From a virus (Duplodnaviria > Caudoviricetes), in the IMG/VR virus record IMGVR_UViG_3300036832_000493, positions 2,085 through 66,084 of that record: a DNA stretch of 64,000 nt; one strand, 5' to 3'. Below, piece after piece: positions 7,411 through 16,169 of this stretch. How positions within the stretch are numbered: the first letter of the stretch is position 1; every line of letters begins with the position of its first letter. The position numbers and the translations under genes were made by a program. A model generated the notes under the pieces. That model was not told the DNA's origin and searched no databases. It was given only the letters and a program-made list of their open reading frames with translations.

Positions 7411-8103
7411 ATGAAGAAGCTTGCTCTAGCAACGGCACTTTGCCTCTTTTCAACGCCTGCAATGGCCGCTGTTCTTATCTGTCAGAGCCCGAACTGCGCG
7501 CCGGGGCCAGAGACGAACATCCTCGTCGATCACCAGCCTTCGGCGAACCTCATCATCGGACGCGCCGATACCAACGGTGGTATCCCCGCTGTGGCCTTCA
7601 CCTCTCCAATCGGCGAGTCCCTTATCGGCAACGCCAACGGGCAGGCCGACGTCTCGGCGGCGGACGGCGCGCTCAACGCGCTGACTTTCACCGTGCAGTC
7701 GGGCTTCACGTTCGGCGATGCCCTGTTCAACCTGTTCCCGCTACCGGGCAATCAAGCTAACGAGGCGATGTTCGCCGACATCAGCTACTTCGTGAACAAC
7801 ATCCTGCACACCGACACGATTGGCATCAACACCAACGGGCAGAACGACACGGGCATCTACGGCACGGCTGGTGAGCGCTTCACCTCGGTCACCTTCCGGG
7901 CGAACCCGCTGACCACGGGCATTCAAGACCTCCGCCAACTGCGCCTGTCCGACATCCAGCAGACGACGCCCCCGCCCCCGCCGCCGCCTCCAGCGGTGCC
8001 CGAACCGGCGGTCTGGCTGACCATGCTGCTCGGCTTCGGCATGATCGGCATGGGGCTGCGCAAGAACCAGTCGACGCCGTCGCGCGTGCGGCTGGCCTAC
8101 TAA
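7411..8103 (+). CDS. PEP-CTERM (PEPxxW-type) exported surface protein
   Basis: Signal peptide MKKLALATALCLFSTPAMA; poly-Pro linker; C-terminal VPEPAVWLTMLLGFGMIGMGLRK (PEP, TM helix, basic tail). Confidence 0.9.
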   Translation: MKKLALATALCLFSTPAMAAVLICQSPNCAPGPETNILVDHQPSANLIIGRADTNGGIPAVAFTSPIGESLIGNANGQADVSAADGALNALTFTVQSGFTFGDALFNLFPLPGNQANEAMFADISYFVNNILHTDTIGINTNGQNDTGIYGTAGERFTSVTFRANPLTTGIQDLRQLRLSDIQQTTPPPPPPPPAVPEPAVWLTMLLGFGMIGMGLRKNQSTPSRVRLAY

Positions 8104-8110
8104 AGGACCG

Positions 8111-8131
8111 GGGCTCGGCAACGCCGGGCCC
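8111..8131 (+). terminator. hairpin after the PEP-CTERM gene
   Basis: GGGCTCGGC-AAC-GCCGGGCCC followed by a pyrimidine-rich tract. Confidence 0.5.
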
Positions 8132-8171
8132 TCCTCCTTCGTTTCCCTTCGACACAAGAGGATGCCCGACC

Positions 8172-8441
8172 ATGAGCAAGCAGAAAGAACCCGAAGCTGA
8201 GAAGCCCGAAGTCGAGATGCCCCGAGAGGGGGACATGGCTATCGCCACGCCCGAGGACGCCCCCAAGAGCGCCTCCGAGACCGCGCTGATGGACTGGGCC
8301 CGCGAGAACGGCCACACCGCCGCGACGGTCGAGGAACTGCGCAACTGGGCGCCGCACGAGATGCTCGAAGCTTACGACAAGGAACAGGCCGAGATCGCGG
8401 CTGCCGCGCCCCCGCCGGGAGCCGACGACGCCACCGACTGA
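8172..8441 (+). CDS. acidic hypothetical protein
   Basis: GAGGA RBS; 89 aa. Confidence 0.7.
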   Translation: MSKQKEPEAEKPEVEMPREGDMAIATPEDAPKSASETALMDWARENGHTAATVEELRNWAPHEMLEAYDKEQAEIAAAAPPPGADDATD

Positions 8442-8469
8442 GGTCGGTGCCTCCTTGGGAGAGGAGCAG

Positions 8470-8502
8470 AAAGGCGCAGGGAGCGATCCCTGCGCCTTTT
8501 TT
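8470..8502 (+). terminator. rho-independent terminator
   Basis: AAAGGCGCAGGGA-GCGA-TCCCTGCGCCTTTTTT. Confidence 0.85.
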
Positions 8503-8514
8503 GCGTATCAGGGG

Positions 8515-8563
8515 TTGACGACCACAAGCGGCTGCTTTAGGAGACCGGTGTCAGCAACGAAGG
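8515..8563 (+). promoter_or_regulatory. early promoter/operator copy
   Basis: TTGACgaccacAAGCggctGCTTta ... GTCAGCAACGAAGG. Confidence 0.85.
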
Positions 8564-8572
8564 AAGACCCCG

Positions 8573-9001
8573 ATGACCAAGCTCCCGACCCCCGCCGTCC
8601 GCAACGCCCTCGCCGCCATCGCCCTGACCGGCGACACCTTCCCGCACACCTCGCTGGACACGCGCATCGCGCTGCACGGCCTCGCGGTCTACAACCACGT
8701 CGATGTCGACGCGATCATCGCGGGCCGGTCCTATCGCGCTCGCAGCCTGACCGCCGAGGGTGCAGCCCTGCTGGAGCACGCGCCGCTGTGGAAAGCCGCC
8801 CAGTTCCTGATCGCCAAGGGCTACCGCCTCGCCAGCCGCTGTCACAAGCCCGGCTTCGTGCGCTTCATCCACGCCAGCGAGACCAAGGCCAGCGGCATGC
8901 CGCTCACCGCGTTCATCGCCAGCGGTCGTGACGTCTACGAAGACCTCGACGATGGCCGCTCGGGCGCGACGCGGACCTTCCCCGTCGCGAAGGGAGGCTG
9001 A
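8573..9001 (+). CDS. hypothetical protein
   Basis: Behind promoter and RBS; 142 aa. Confidence 0.8.
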   Translation: MTKLPTPAVRNALAAIALTGDTFPHTSLDTRIALHGLAVYNHVDVDAIIAGRSYRARSLTAEGAALLEHAPLWKAAQFLIAKGYRLASRCHKPGFVRFIHASETKASGMPLTAFIASGRDVYEDLDDGRSGATRTFPVAKGG

Positions 9002-9004
9002 CCG

Positions 9005-9274
9005 GTGCTCGCCGTCATCTGCGTCCTCATCTGCGCCTTCTGCTTCGTCGGCGGGTTCCTGCCCCGGAGCAAGGCGGAGCTAGACCGGGAGAACGCTCGC
9101 ATCGAAGCGGCCCGGCAGCGCGCCCGTAACCGGCGCCCGGCGCCGCCTCTCAGCCCTGCTGCCCAGAACACCATCAACGCAACCAGCGGCTGCTTTGTCT
9201 ATGTTACGGCAGCCGTTGGCATCGGGTTAGTTATCAGCGTCCTCCTGTCCCACGTCCTCGTCATCGTCCGCTGA
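9005..9274 (+). CDS. small membrane protein
   Basis: Two hydrophobic segments; GGAGG upstream. Confidence 0.6.
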   Translation: MLAVICVLICAFCFVGGFLPRSKAELDRENARIEAARQRARNRRPAPPLSPAAQNTINATSGCFVYVTAAVGIGLVISVLLSHVLVIVR

Positions 9275-9284
9275 AAGGACCACC

Positions 9285-9467
9285 ATGCAGACCTTCGAGA
9301 TCGCACCGCACTACGACCGCTGGATGATGGGCGACCGCCTCGGCGACCTCGTCAAGTACAGCAAGGCCCGCACCGGGCCCCACAAGGGCGAGACCATCGC
9401 CCACCTCAAGATGCACGTCAGCGGCAAAGTCATCCGCGTCCTCGCTGACGATCTCACCCTGCGCTAG
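9285..9467 (+). CDS. hypothetical protein
   Basis: AAGGA RBS; 60 aa. Confidence 0.7.
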   Translation: MQTFEIAPHYDRWMMGDRLGDLVKYSKARTGPHKGETIAHLKMHVSGKVIRVLADDLTLR

Positions 9468-9502
9468 GACGCGCTCAACCACCCAGAGAAGGGAACCTGC
9501 CT

Positions 9503-9817
9503 ATGTCCGATATCCTTACCGGCACCATCGACGGGGACGGCGAGATCGTCCTCGACGCCACCCACATCGCCGGGGTCCGCTTCAACCTGCGCCGCGTCAC
9601 CTCGGTCCTCGCCGACCTCGACACCGTCCTGAAAGGTGTCGAGGAGCGCGCGTTCACCCGGCGCGAGCGCCTGCTGCGCGAGGCCGCGCTCGACGAGGCC
9701 GAGGCGCACACACCCGCCATCGTCGGGGTGGAGACGGCGCGGACCTACTTCGCCGCCATCCTGCAGCTGATCGCGGATGTGGACGTCGTCCTCGGCCCGC
9801 ACGCGCAACACCGCTGA
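9503..9817 (+). CDS. hypothetical protein
   Basis: AAGGGA RBS; 104 aa; followed by a hairpin at ~9828-9847. Confidence 0.7.
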   Translation: MSDILTGTIDGDGEIVLDATHIAGVRFNLRRVTSVLADLDTVLKGVEERAFTRRERLLREAALDEAEAHTPAIVGVETARTYFAAILQLIADVDVVLGPHAQHR

Positions 9818-9878
9818 CGCGAAAAGACCCGGCGCGCGAGCGCCGGGCCTCTGTCACCTCAACCACAAGGAACCGCCC

Positions 9879-10130
9879 ATGAATACCGTGACCCATGTCA
9901 ACTGGCAAGCGCGCATGCCCCGCTCGATGCGCGACGAGAGCACCAACGCGGGCGATCTGCACCTGATCCTGCAGCCCGCGCAGACCGTGCTGCGCAGCTT
10001 CCGCACCGAAAAGGAGATGAAGCGCTTCCGTTCGCTGATCTACAGCATCAACAGCCAAGGCACCTACCGCTACCGCACGATCCGGGCCGAGGACGAGATG
10101 TGGGGCCTGATCCTGCTGCGGATGATCTGA
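9879..10130 (+). CDS. hypothetical protein
   Basis: AAGGA RBS; MNTVTHVNW... Confidence 0.7.
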   Translation: MNTVTHVNWQARMPRSMRDESTNAGDLHLILQPAQTVLRSFRTEKEMKRFRSLIYSINSQGTYRYRTIRAEDEMWGLILLRMI

Positions 10131-10165
10131 GCGCGCCGGGCGGCGGATTTATTTCGCCGCCCCGC

Positions 10166-10209
10166 TTGACCAATGAAAGCGACCGCTTTAGGAGGGGCGC
10201 GTCAGCAAC
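10166..10209 (+). promoter_or_regulatory. early promoter/operator copy
   Basis: TTGACcaatgaAAGCgaccGCTTta ... GTCAGCAAC. Confidence 0.85.
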
Positions 10210-10223
10210 TAAGGAGCACCCCG

Positions 10224-10457
10224 ATGTACGGCAACCGCAACTACCGCCCCCGCACCAAGCAGACTTGGGAGCAGGGCGACACTGTCAACGTCGGCTTCGT
10301 CAAGGGCCTTGAGGTCGTCGCCAAGGTCTCTACCCCCGGCGATTACAAGCCCGACCTCTACGCCCTCTGGCAGCCCTCCACGGGCCGCTTCTATCAGTTC
10401 GTGCCGCACAACGGCCTGACCCGCTGCGACAGCCTCGCCGACGCGATGGCTTGGTAA
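10224..10457 (+). CDS. hypothetical protein
   Basis: AAGGAG RBS; MYGNRNY... Confidence 0.75.
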   Translation: MYGNRNYRPRTKQTWEQGDTVNVGFVKGLEVVAKVSTPGDYKPDLYALWQPSTGRFYQFVPHNGLTRCDSLADAMAW

Positions 10458-10492
10458 GCAGGACCACGAGCAAAGCTCACACGTCAAGGAGA

Positions 10493-10729
10493 ATGACCAT
10501 GCAGATACCCGCCTACACCCTCCAGAACGAGCAGGGCAAAATCACCTGCCTCGGCCTGTTCGACAACTTCGGTCGTGCGCGTGAGGCGCAGCAGGCCAGC
10601 CTGCCCGATGATCTCAAGGAGGCCTACGCTGGCATTCAGGACGGCAGGCCGATCTTCTATGCCGAGATGCTGACGCCGGAACTGAAGGCCAAGTACCCGC
10701 CACTGGCTGGCTCACACTACGAGGATTGA
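10493..10729 (+). CDS. hypothetical protein
   Basis: AAGGAG RBS; start at 10493 or 10499. Confidence 0.65.
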   Translation: MTMQIPAYTLQNEQGKITCLGLFDNFGRAREAQQASLPDDLKEAYAGIQDGRPIFYAEMLTPELKAKYPPLAGSHYED

Positions 10730-10961
10730 GCATGAAAAGGCGCGTCCACCTGATGGGTCACACCGACTACGCCGTGGCCATCTGCGGATACCGGGGAACC
10801 CGGGGCAAGACCGTGACCGCGCTTATTCACCTCGTCACATGCCCGGACTGCAAGGCCAAGTGCCCCGCAGTGTTCGAACCGGACTGACCCTCTCGGTGCA
10901 TGGCTGGGCGCAGGTCCAGCCATGATCGAGACGATCAGATTTCAACATCAAGGAGCCAACA

Positions 10962-11225
10962 ATGCCCGACAAGCTCACCGTCCACGGCGTCCCGCTCACC
11001 ACGGTACTGCGCCTCAACAAGGAGCGCACGATCCCGCTCGAACGCTATGAGGAGGATGGTCACATCGACCGCTTCGGCTACCTCTACGCCCTCGCCAAGG
11101 AGCACGGCATGGACTTCGCCACGCTGCTCGCGGTGCTCGACTACATGCCCCCGAGCGAGGACTTCGACGGCCTCGTCACCACCGTCGAGGACTTCGCCAT
11201 GCTGGGCCTCGGAGCGTTCGAATGA
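10962..11225 (+). CDS. hypothetical acidic protein
   Basis: AAGGAG RBS; 87 aa. Confidence 0.75.
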   Translation: MPDKLTVHGVPLTTVLRLNKERTIPLERYEEDGHIDRFGYLYALAKEHGMDFATLLAVLDYMPPSEDFDGLVTTVEDFAMLGLGAFE

Positions 11226-11524
11226 GCATCACCTACCACCTTGAGATCGAGCAGGAGGACGGCGCGTGGTGGCAGCGCTGGCTGGGACGGAGCGAGCGGC
11301 GCTGGATCAGCGGCTTCGGGCGCTACGACAACGCGCAGGCGGCCTACAACCACCGCGACGAGGCGCTGGCCGACGCCAAGGCCCACTGCGAGCACGTAGG
11401 CGGCTGCCGGGTGACCGGCAGGTGGCGCGTCGTGCGTCGGAGCGTCCTCGTGCCGGACGACCCGGTCCAGCGCGTGGAGGCGGTCAACACCACCGTGCGG
11501 CAAGGCCGGGATGACTTCCGGTGA
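11222..11524 (+). CDS. Trp-rich hypothetical protein (probable paralogue of 12215-12541)
   Basis: ATGA overlap with upstream gene. Confidence 0.65.
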   Translation: MSITYHLEIEQEDGAWWQRWLGRSERRWISGFGRYDNAQAAYNHRDEALADAKAHCEHVGGCRVTGRWRVVRRSVLVPDDPVQRVEAVNTTVRQGRDDFR

Positions 11525-11910
11525 AGCCCAGAAAAGACGACGTCAGCAACACACCAAGGACACCCCCGACGATGACTAACGGATATCAGCGCGCGCTCGA
11601 ACGGTTCGAGCAGGCGGTGCGCGAGCACGAGAGAAGCGGCCACTGCCAAGCAGCAGAGGAAAAGTACGAGGCCGCCAAGACCGGGCTGGAGAACAAGTTC
11701 AAGTACCGCAAGCTCGCCGCCGAGACGCGCGACGTCGATGAGATGGCCAAGCTCAGGGCGCGGGTCGGCGAGCAGGCCGTCCGCATCCTCCACTGCGAGA
11801 ACGCGCTGCGCAACGCGGCGGTGGTGATGGAACTGGCCGCCGTCGACTTCAACACGGGCGCGCTAGACGCTGTCATCAAGCTCGTCCTCGACACGCTGAA
11901 GGGCAGCTGA
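11521..11910 (+). CDS. coiled-coil hypothetical protein (alternative start 11572)
   Basis: GTGA overlap; internal AAGGA plus ATG. Confidence 0.65.
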   Translation: MKPRKDDVSNTPRTPPTMTNGYQRALERFEQAVREHERSGHCQAAEEKYEAAKTGLENKFKYRKLAAETRDVDEMAKLRARVGEQAVRILHCENALRNAAVVMELAAVDFNTGALDAVIKLVLDTLKGS

Positions 11911-12218
11911 TGCGCCGCTACGGCCTCGTCCTGACCCGGCTCCAATCCGGCCATTACGTCGTCGAGGGCACCGACCTGCTGATCCGCAAGCTCCCGGTCA
12001 GGGCCCAGCCCATGCCTGCGGGCTGGGCCGAGTTCTGGGCGCTCGAACAGCGCAGCCTGCCCGGGCGCTACCTTGTCACCGGCTACGCCCTGTACAACGT
12101 CATCGCGAAGATGGCGCTGCTGCGCGATACCCTCGCCAGCACGATGACGTGTCCGGTCAAGGGCGCAGCCTGCGCCATGTTCGCTGAGGTGGCGCGGGTC
12201 GAGGAGGTCGACGAGTGA
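11910..12218 (+). CDS. hypothetical protein
   Basis: TGATG coupling. Confidence 0.65.
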   Translation: MRRYGLVLTRLQSGHYVVEGTDLLIRKLPVRAQPMPAGWAEFWALEQRSLPGRYLVTGYALYNVIAKMALLRDTLASTMTCPVKGAACAMFAEVARVEEVDE

Positions 12219-12541
12219 TGAGCTACTACGCCGTCGAGGTGCTCCACGTCTGGAGCCCGTGGTGGGGGCGCGTGCTGCTGATGCTCGGGGGCTACCGCTG
12301 GCGGGCGTGGATCGGTCCTGCCTACGCCTACTCCAGCGAGCCCGAGGCGGTCGAGGCGGTGCCGCTGGTCTTTCGTTCCATCGCCGAGATCGCGGAACAA
12401 CGCCCGTCTTCACTGCTCCGTCCGACCCAACGCTGGCGCGTTGTCCACAGGCGCGGCACGCCGTGGGCCGAGGGCGAGATCATCAAAGTTCTCCACGAGG
12501 GGCTATACGAGCCCGACACCAAGGAACCGACCAATGCCTGA
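12215..12541 (+). CDS. Trp-rich hypothetical protein
   Basis: Overlap with upstream stop, GGAGG RBS. Confidence 0.65.
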   Translation: MMSYYAVEVLHVWSPWWGRVLLMLGGYRWRAWIGPAYAYSSEPEAVEAVPLVFRSIAEIAEQRPSSLLRPTQRWRVVHRRGTPWAEGEIIKVLHEGLYEPDTKEPTNA

Positions 12542-12887
12542 TACCTTCGACAACACGCCCGCCGACGTCGATCCGGCCCTCCAGCGCGAGGCGTACGCCG
12601 CCCAGCTGATCGCCGAGCACGTCGCGCTAGGTTTTCCACAGGAGATCGCGCAGATCGTCGCGGACCAGACGCTCGACTTCGCCGACGCGGTGCAGGAGCA
12701 GGTCAGCGAGATCGGCGAGCGCTTCCTCCAGCCGCTGCGCGAGGCGCATCCGGCTGTCGTCTCCTACGCCGTGCTGCATGCCGCCGCGCGCCTGCTCACG
12801 GCGCGGATGGAGCACATCCACCAGCAGTCGGCGCAGCACATCCTGCTGCTGATGAGCCCCGAGCCGGACGAGGAGACGCAACACTGA
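12534..12887 (+). CDS. hypothetical helical protein
   Basis: AAGGA RBS; MPDTFDN... Confidence 0.7.
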   Translation: MPDTFDNTPADVDPALQREAYAAQLIAEHVALGFPQEIAQIVADQTLDFADAVQEQVSEIGERFLQPLREAHPAVVSYAVLHAAARLLTARMEHIHQQSAQHILLLMSPEPDEETQH

Positions 12888-12889
12888 GG

Positions 12890-12933
12890 TTGACAGCCAC
12901 AAGCACATGCTTTAAGAGAGACGGGTCAGCAAC
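12890..12933 (+). promoter_or_regulatory. early promoter/operator copy
   Basis: TTGACagccacAAGCacatGCTTta ... GTCAGCAAC. Confidence 0.85.
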
Positions 12934-12945
12934 GAAAGGACACCC

Positions 12946-13668
12946 ATGACCCTGTCTATCAAGCCCGTGAAGAAGCCCGCTACTGGCCGGGGCAACCGCT
13001 TCTGCGGTCCGGCGGCAATCTCGATCATCACCGGCCTCGACACCGCCCAGTCGGCGGCGCTCATCCGCCAAGGCACCAACAAGCGCTCCGTACAGGGCAC
13101 CTCGATCTACGAGGTGTCGCGCGCGCTCAACGACCTCGGCTACGGCGTCAACTCGGTCGCCAAGGTCAACCCGCTCGCGCCGCGCACGAACCCGACGCTC
13201 GCCGCGTGGCTGCGCGACACGACCAAGACGCGCGGCAGCCATGTCTACCTGATCTCCGCCGGGAACCACTGGCAGGTCGTGCAGGGGCGTCGCTTCTGCT
13301 GCGGCCAGACCGGTGAGATCGTCTCGATCCGCGACGACAAGGTCAAGCGCCGCGCGCGGGTCCGGGGCGTCTGGCGCATCGAGCCCCAGTTCGAGCCGGG
13401 CACCATGCGCGCCGAGGCCAAGCGCGTCACCGCCGGGCTCGGCGCCAAGCCGCAGCGCAAGGGCGAGACGAACGCCCGGACCAAGGCCCGGCGCCTCGCC
13501 ACCAAGCACGGCATCGAGATCGAGCGGTTCAGCGACGGGGCGATGAACGTCTGGGCCCCCGAAGCCCTCGATGTCGAGGGTGTCGACCCCTACTGGGGCG
13601 ACCACTTCGCCAACGACTGGGCCGAGGCGCTGGAGCGCGTCGAGACCTACGCCCGCCTGCTCGCCTGA
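12946..13668 (+). CDS. hypothetical protein, possible papain-like (C39-type) fold at N-terminus
   Basis: RFCGPAAIS (Cys at helix start) and AGNHWQVV (His); function is inferred. Confidence 0.7.
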   Translation: MTLSIKPVKKPATGRGNRFCGPAAISIITGLDTAQSAALIRQGTNKRSVQGTSIYEVSRALNDLGYGVNSVAKVNPLAPRTNPTLAAWLRDTTKTRGSHVYLISAGNHWQVVQGRRFCCGQTGEIVSIRDDKVKRRARVRGVWRIEPQFEPGTMRAEAKRVTAGLGAKPQRKGETNARTKARRLATKHGIEIERFSDGAMNVWAPEALDVEGVDPYWGDHFANDWAEALERVETYARLLA

Positions 13669-13688
13669 CAGCGCTGCAAAGATTGACC

Positions 13689-13713
13689 TTGACCTCCTAA
13701 AGCGACTGCTTTA
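13689..13713 (+). promoter_or_regulatory. early promoter/operator copy
   Basis: TTGACctcctaAAGCgactGCTTta. Confidence 0.8.
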
Positions 13714-13747
13714 GGAGGGGGGTCTCAACCACGAAGGAGTACTGAAC

Positions 13748-14176
13748 ATGGGTAATCGCGCATTCATCGTTTCCGAGCCCTATGGCGAGGAAAACGTCGG
13801 CATCTACGTCCAATGGAACGGCGGACAGGAGAGCATCGAAGGCTTCTGCCGCGCCGCCAAGGAACTCGGCTATCGCAGCCCGGCGGACGACGACAGCTAC
13901 AGCCTCGCGCGTCTCGTGCAGGTCATCTCCAACTTCTTCGGCATCGATGGCCTGTCCATCGGCATCGGCACCGGGTCACGGCTGGCTGGCGCTGCCGATG
14001 ACAACGGCATCTGGACCATCGGCAAGGACTGGCAGATCGTCAGCCACCTGACCAGCGAGGGCGTCATGATCCCGCTGGAGCCGCTGACCCCCGGTCAGGA
14101 GGAGAAGGCGCAGGCCGTCCACCACGACGCCGTGGCCAAGACCCGCGCCGTCGCCCCCGAAGAGAAGGCGAACTGA
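13748..14176 (+). CDS. conserved hypothetical phage protein
   Basis: AAGGAG RBS; MGNRAFI...GIYVQWNGG pattern. Confidence 0.8.
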   Translation: MGNRAFIVSEPYGEENVGIYVQWNGGQESIEGFCRAAKELGYRSPADDDSYSLARLVQVISNFFGIDGLSIGIGTGSRLAGAADDNGIWTIGKDWQIVSHLTSEGVMIPLEPLTPGQEEKAQAVHHDAVAKTRAVAPEEKAN

Positions 14177-14391
14177 TGAGCACGCTCGCAACCCTGATCG
14201 CCGAGGACTTCCGCGTCTTCGATCACGGTTCGATCATCGCCCTGCGCCCGGTCAGCGAAGCTGGCCGGGCGTGGATCGCCGAGAACGTCGACCCCGGCGC
14301 GCAGTGGCACGGCAGCAGCCTGTGCATCGAGCCGCGCTATTTCGAGGCCATCTACCACGGCATCGTCGAAGACGGGCTGACCATCGCATGA
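14176..14391 (+). CDS. hypothetical protein
   Basis: TGATG coupling. Confidence 0.7.
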   Translation: MSTLATLIAEDFRVFDHGSIIALRPVSEAGRAWIAENVDPGAQWHGSSLCIEPRYFEAIYHGIVEDGLTIA

Positions 14392-14564
14392 CCCTGACGA
14401 TGGTCATCCTGCTGCTGGCCGTCCTGCTCATGACGCTCGGCATAGCGCTGGTCATCAGGGGCCTGCGCGGTGGCGTCGAGCGCCTGCCGATGTGCCTGTG
14501 GGGCCTCGCGCTCGCGGCAGCGGCAGCTGTCCTGTTCGGCGTCGCCATCGGGTCCGTACACTGA
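14388..14564 (+). CDS. small two-TM membrane protein
   Basis: ATGA overlap; MTLTMVILLLAVLL... Confidence 0.6.
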   Translation: MTLTMVILLLAVLLMTLGIALVIRGLRGGVERLPMCLWGLALAAAAAVLFGVAIGSVH

Positions 14565-14577
14565 GGAAACCCAACCC

Positions 14578-15249
14578 ATGACCCCTGCCGAGATCGTCAA
14601 GGACAACCACCGCCGCGCCTACCTCGACGCCTGCCGCGAGGCGCTCGCGCCCATCGACTACGATCGCCCGGCGGCCAAGCAGGCCTTCGAGGACGGCGTG
14701 CGCCGCGACGACTACGTCGTCAGCGTGGCCTTGTGTCAGCCGGTCGGCGAGGCCTTCTTGGCGACGCGCGAGCGCACCACGAAGTGGGCCACGAAGTTCG
14801 TCGGCGCGTGGGCCAACGCCATCTTCAACGACCTGCGCGTCGCGGACTGGGACGTCGCGAAGGCTGCGCCGTTCCCTTTGTTCGATGACCGTCTCCGCCG
14901 CAGCAAGCGCGCCCGCTACGACGCCTTCCGGCTGTTCACGCGGCCCCACGAAGCGCGCGGCGGCAGCTATGTCGAGCCCGACACCGAGGCGCTCGCCTCC
15001 TACATGGGGCAGGCCGTCCTCACCATCGAGATGCAGTTCGACCTGTTCATCGTGCAAACGGTCGCCACCATCGGCCTCGATGTCGTGTCGGCGCAGGTCC
15101 ACGACGTTGGCGTGACCGGCGCGCTGCTGCACCTGATCGTCGAGCGCCCGTCGGGCGTAGCCACGCGCTGGGAAATCGAGCGCGACGCCACCCTCTCGCC
15201 GCTCGGCAATCCCAAGGTCACTTGGACGCTGTCCGAGCCCACGGACTAA
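14578..15249 (+). CDS. hypothetical protein (paralogue of 2981-3700)
   Basis: GAGGA RBS; shares colinear motifs with 2981-3700. Confidence 0.75.
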   Translation: MTPAEIVKDNHRRAYLDACREALAPIDYDRPAAKQAFEDGVRRDDYVVSVALCQPVGEAFLATRERTTKWATKFVGAWANAIFNDLRVADWDVAKAAPFPLFDDRLRRSKRARYDAFRLFTRPHEARGGSYVEPDTEALASYMGQAVLTIEMQFDLFIVQTVATIGLDVVSAQVHDVGVTGALLHLIVERPSGVATRWEIERDATLSPLGNPKVTWTLSEPTD

Positions 15250-15313
15250 CTCATCCGGCTGACAACCAGCAGGTTGCGGCCTACCGTCAACCCCACCGAT
15301 CAAGGAGATCGTC

Positions 15314-15697
15314 ATGAGAATTTACTGCGTCATGGGCCGCTTCCTACGCACACAGACCGAGGCCAAGGACTATGCCAAGGCAGCGGGCACCCAGTTCGTG
15401 CCTGCGTCCGACACCATCGAGTTCCCTTCGGATCAGCCGAGCATCATCGCCTTCCTCAACGACCTCGTCGAGGGGCTCGTCGGCGAGGGCGCGCCCGCCG
15501 CGACGCGCGAGAGCTACGCCGCGCGCACCCTGCGCGTCGATGATCAGTTCACCGCCCTGCCGCTGACCCAGCAGCTGACGCTCGCCGCGCTCGCCTGCGA
15601 GGCCGCGCACAAGCATCTCAACGGCAGCAGGCCCGCGCGCGTGCTGCTTGCTGCCGCCGCGCCGCCCGCTGCGCCCGGCGCCGAGGACTTGGTATGA
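15314..15697 (+). CDS. hypothetical protein
   Basis: AAGGAG RBS. Confidence 0.75.
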   Translation: MRIYCVMGRFLRTQTEAKDYAKAAGTQFVPASDTIEFPSDQPSIIAFLNDLVEGLVGEGAPAATRESYAARTLRVDDQFTALPLTQQLTLAALACEAAHKHLNGSRPARVLLAAAAPPAAPGAEDLV

Positions 15698-15906
15698 GCA
15701 AACAGCCGACCATGCTCGACACCATCCTCGATGACGCCGAGCAGGCGTTCACGGAATACGACCGCCTGCGCGCCCAGCTGCGCATGACCGAGGCGCGCGT
15801 GCGGACGCTCTGCCGCTCGTACGATCTCGCGACGGGGTCGCGCGGCGTCCGGCCCGAGAGCCTGCGCTACGCCACTGCCACGCGCCGCGCGACGAGCCCG
15901 GCGTAA
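15694..15906 (+). CDS. hypothetical protein
   Basis: ATGA overlap. Confidence 0.65.
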   Translation: MSKQPTMLDTILDDAEQAFTEYDRLRAQLRMTEARVRTLCRSYDLATGSRGVRPESLRYATATRRATSPA

Positions 15907-15917
15907 GGAGAAGACCC

Positions 15918-16139
15918 ATGACTGACACCACCACCACCGGCATCGAACTGGCCGTGGCCCGGGCCGGAGGCCGCCGCGCGCTGGCCGCCCGCCTCGGCGT
16001 GACCGAGCAGGCCGTCGGCCAGTGGGTGATGCGCGGCTGGGTGCCGCCCTCGCGCGCCCCCGAGATCGAGAAGCGCTACAAAGTCCCGCGCCGCAGCCTG
16101 CTCAAGCCGTCCCTCGTCGCCGTCCTCTACCCCAACTAG
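15918..16139 (+). CDS. Cro/YdaS-like HTH transcriptional regulator
   Basis: AVARAGGRRALAARLGVTEQAVGQWVMRGWVP HTH signature. Confidence 0.85.
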   Translation: MTDTTTTGIELAVARAGGRRALAARLGVTEQAVGQWVMRGWVPPSRAPEIEKRYKVPRRSLLKPSLVAVLYPN

Positions 16140-16169
16140 CCCCGTGTCGTGGGCGAGGAACCTCCAGAG

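Noticed and set aside
11542-11550. Isolated GTCAGCAAC (also near 55273)
   Set aside because: There is no upstream TTGAC or operator; the second copy lies antisense within a capsid-module gene and is probably chance.
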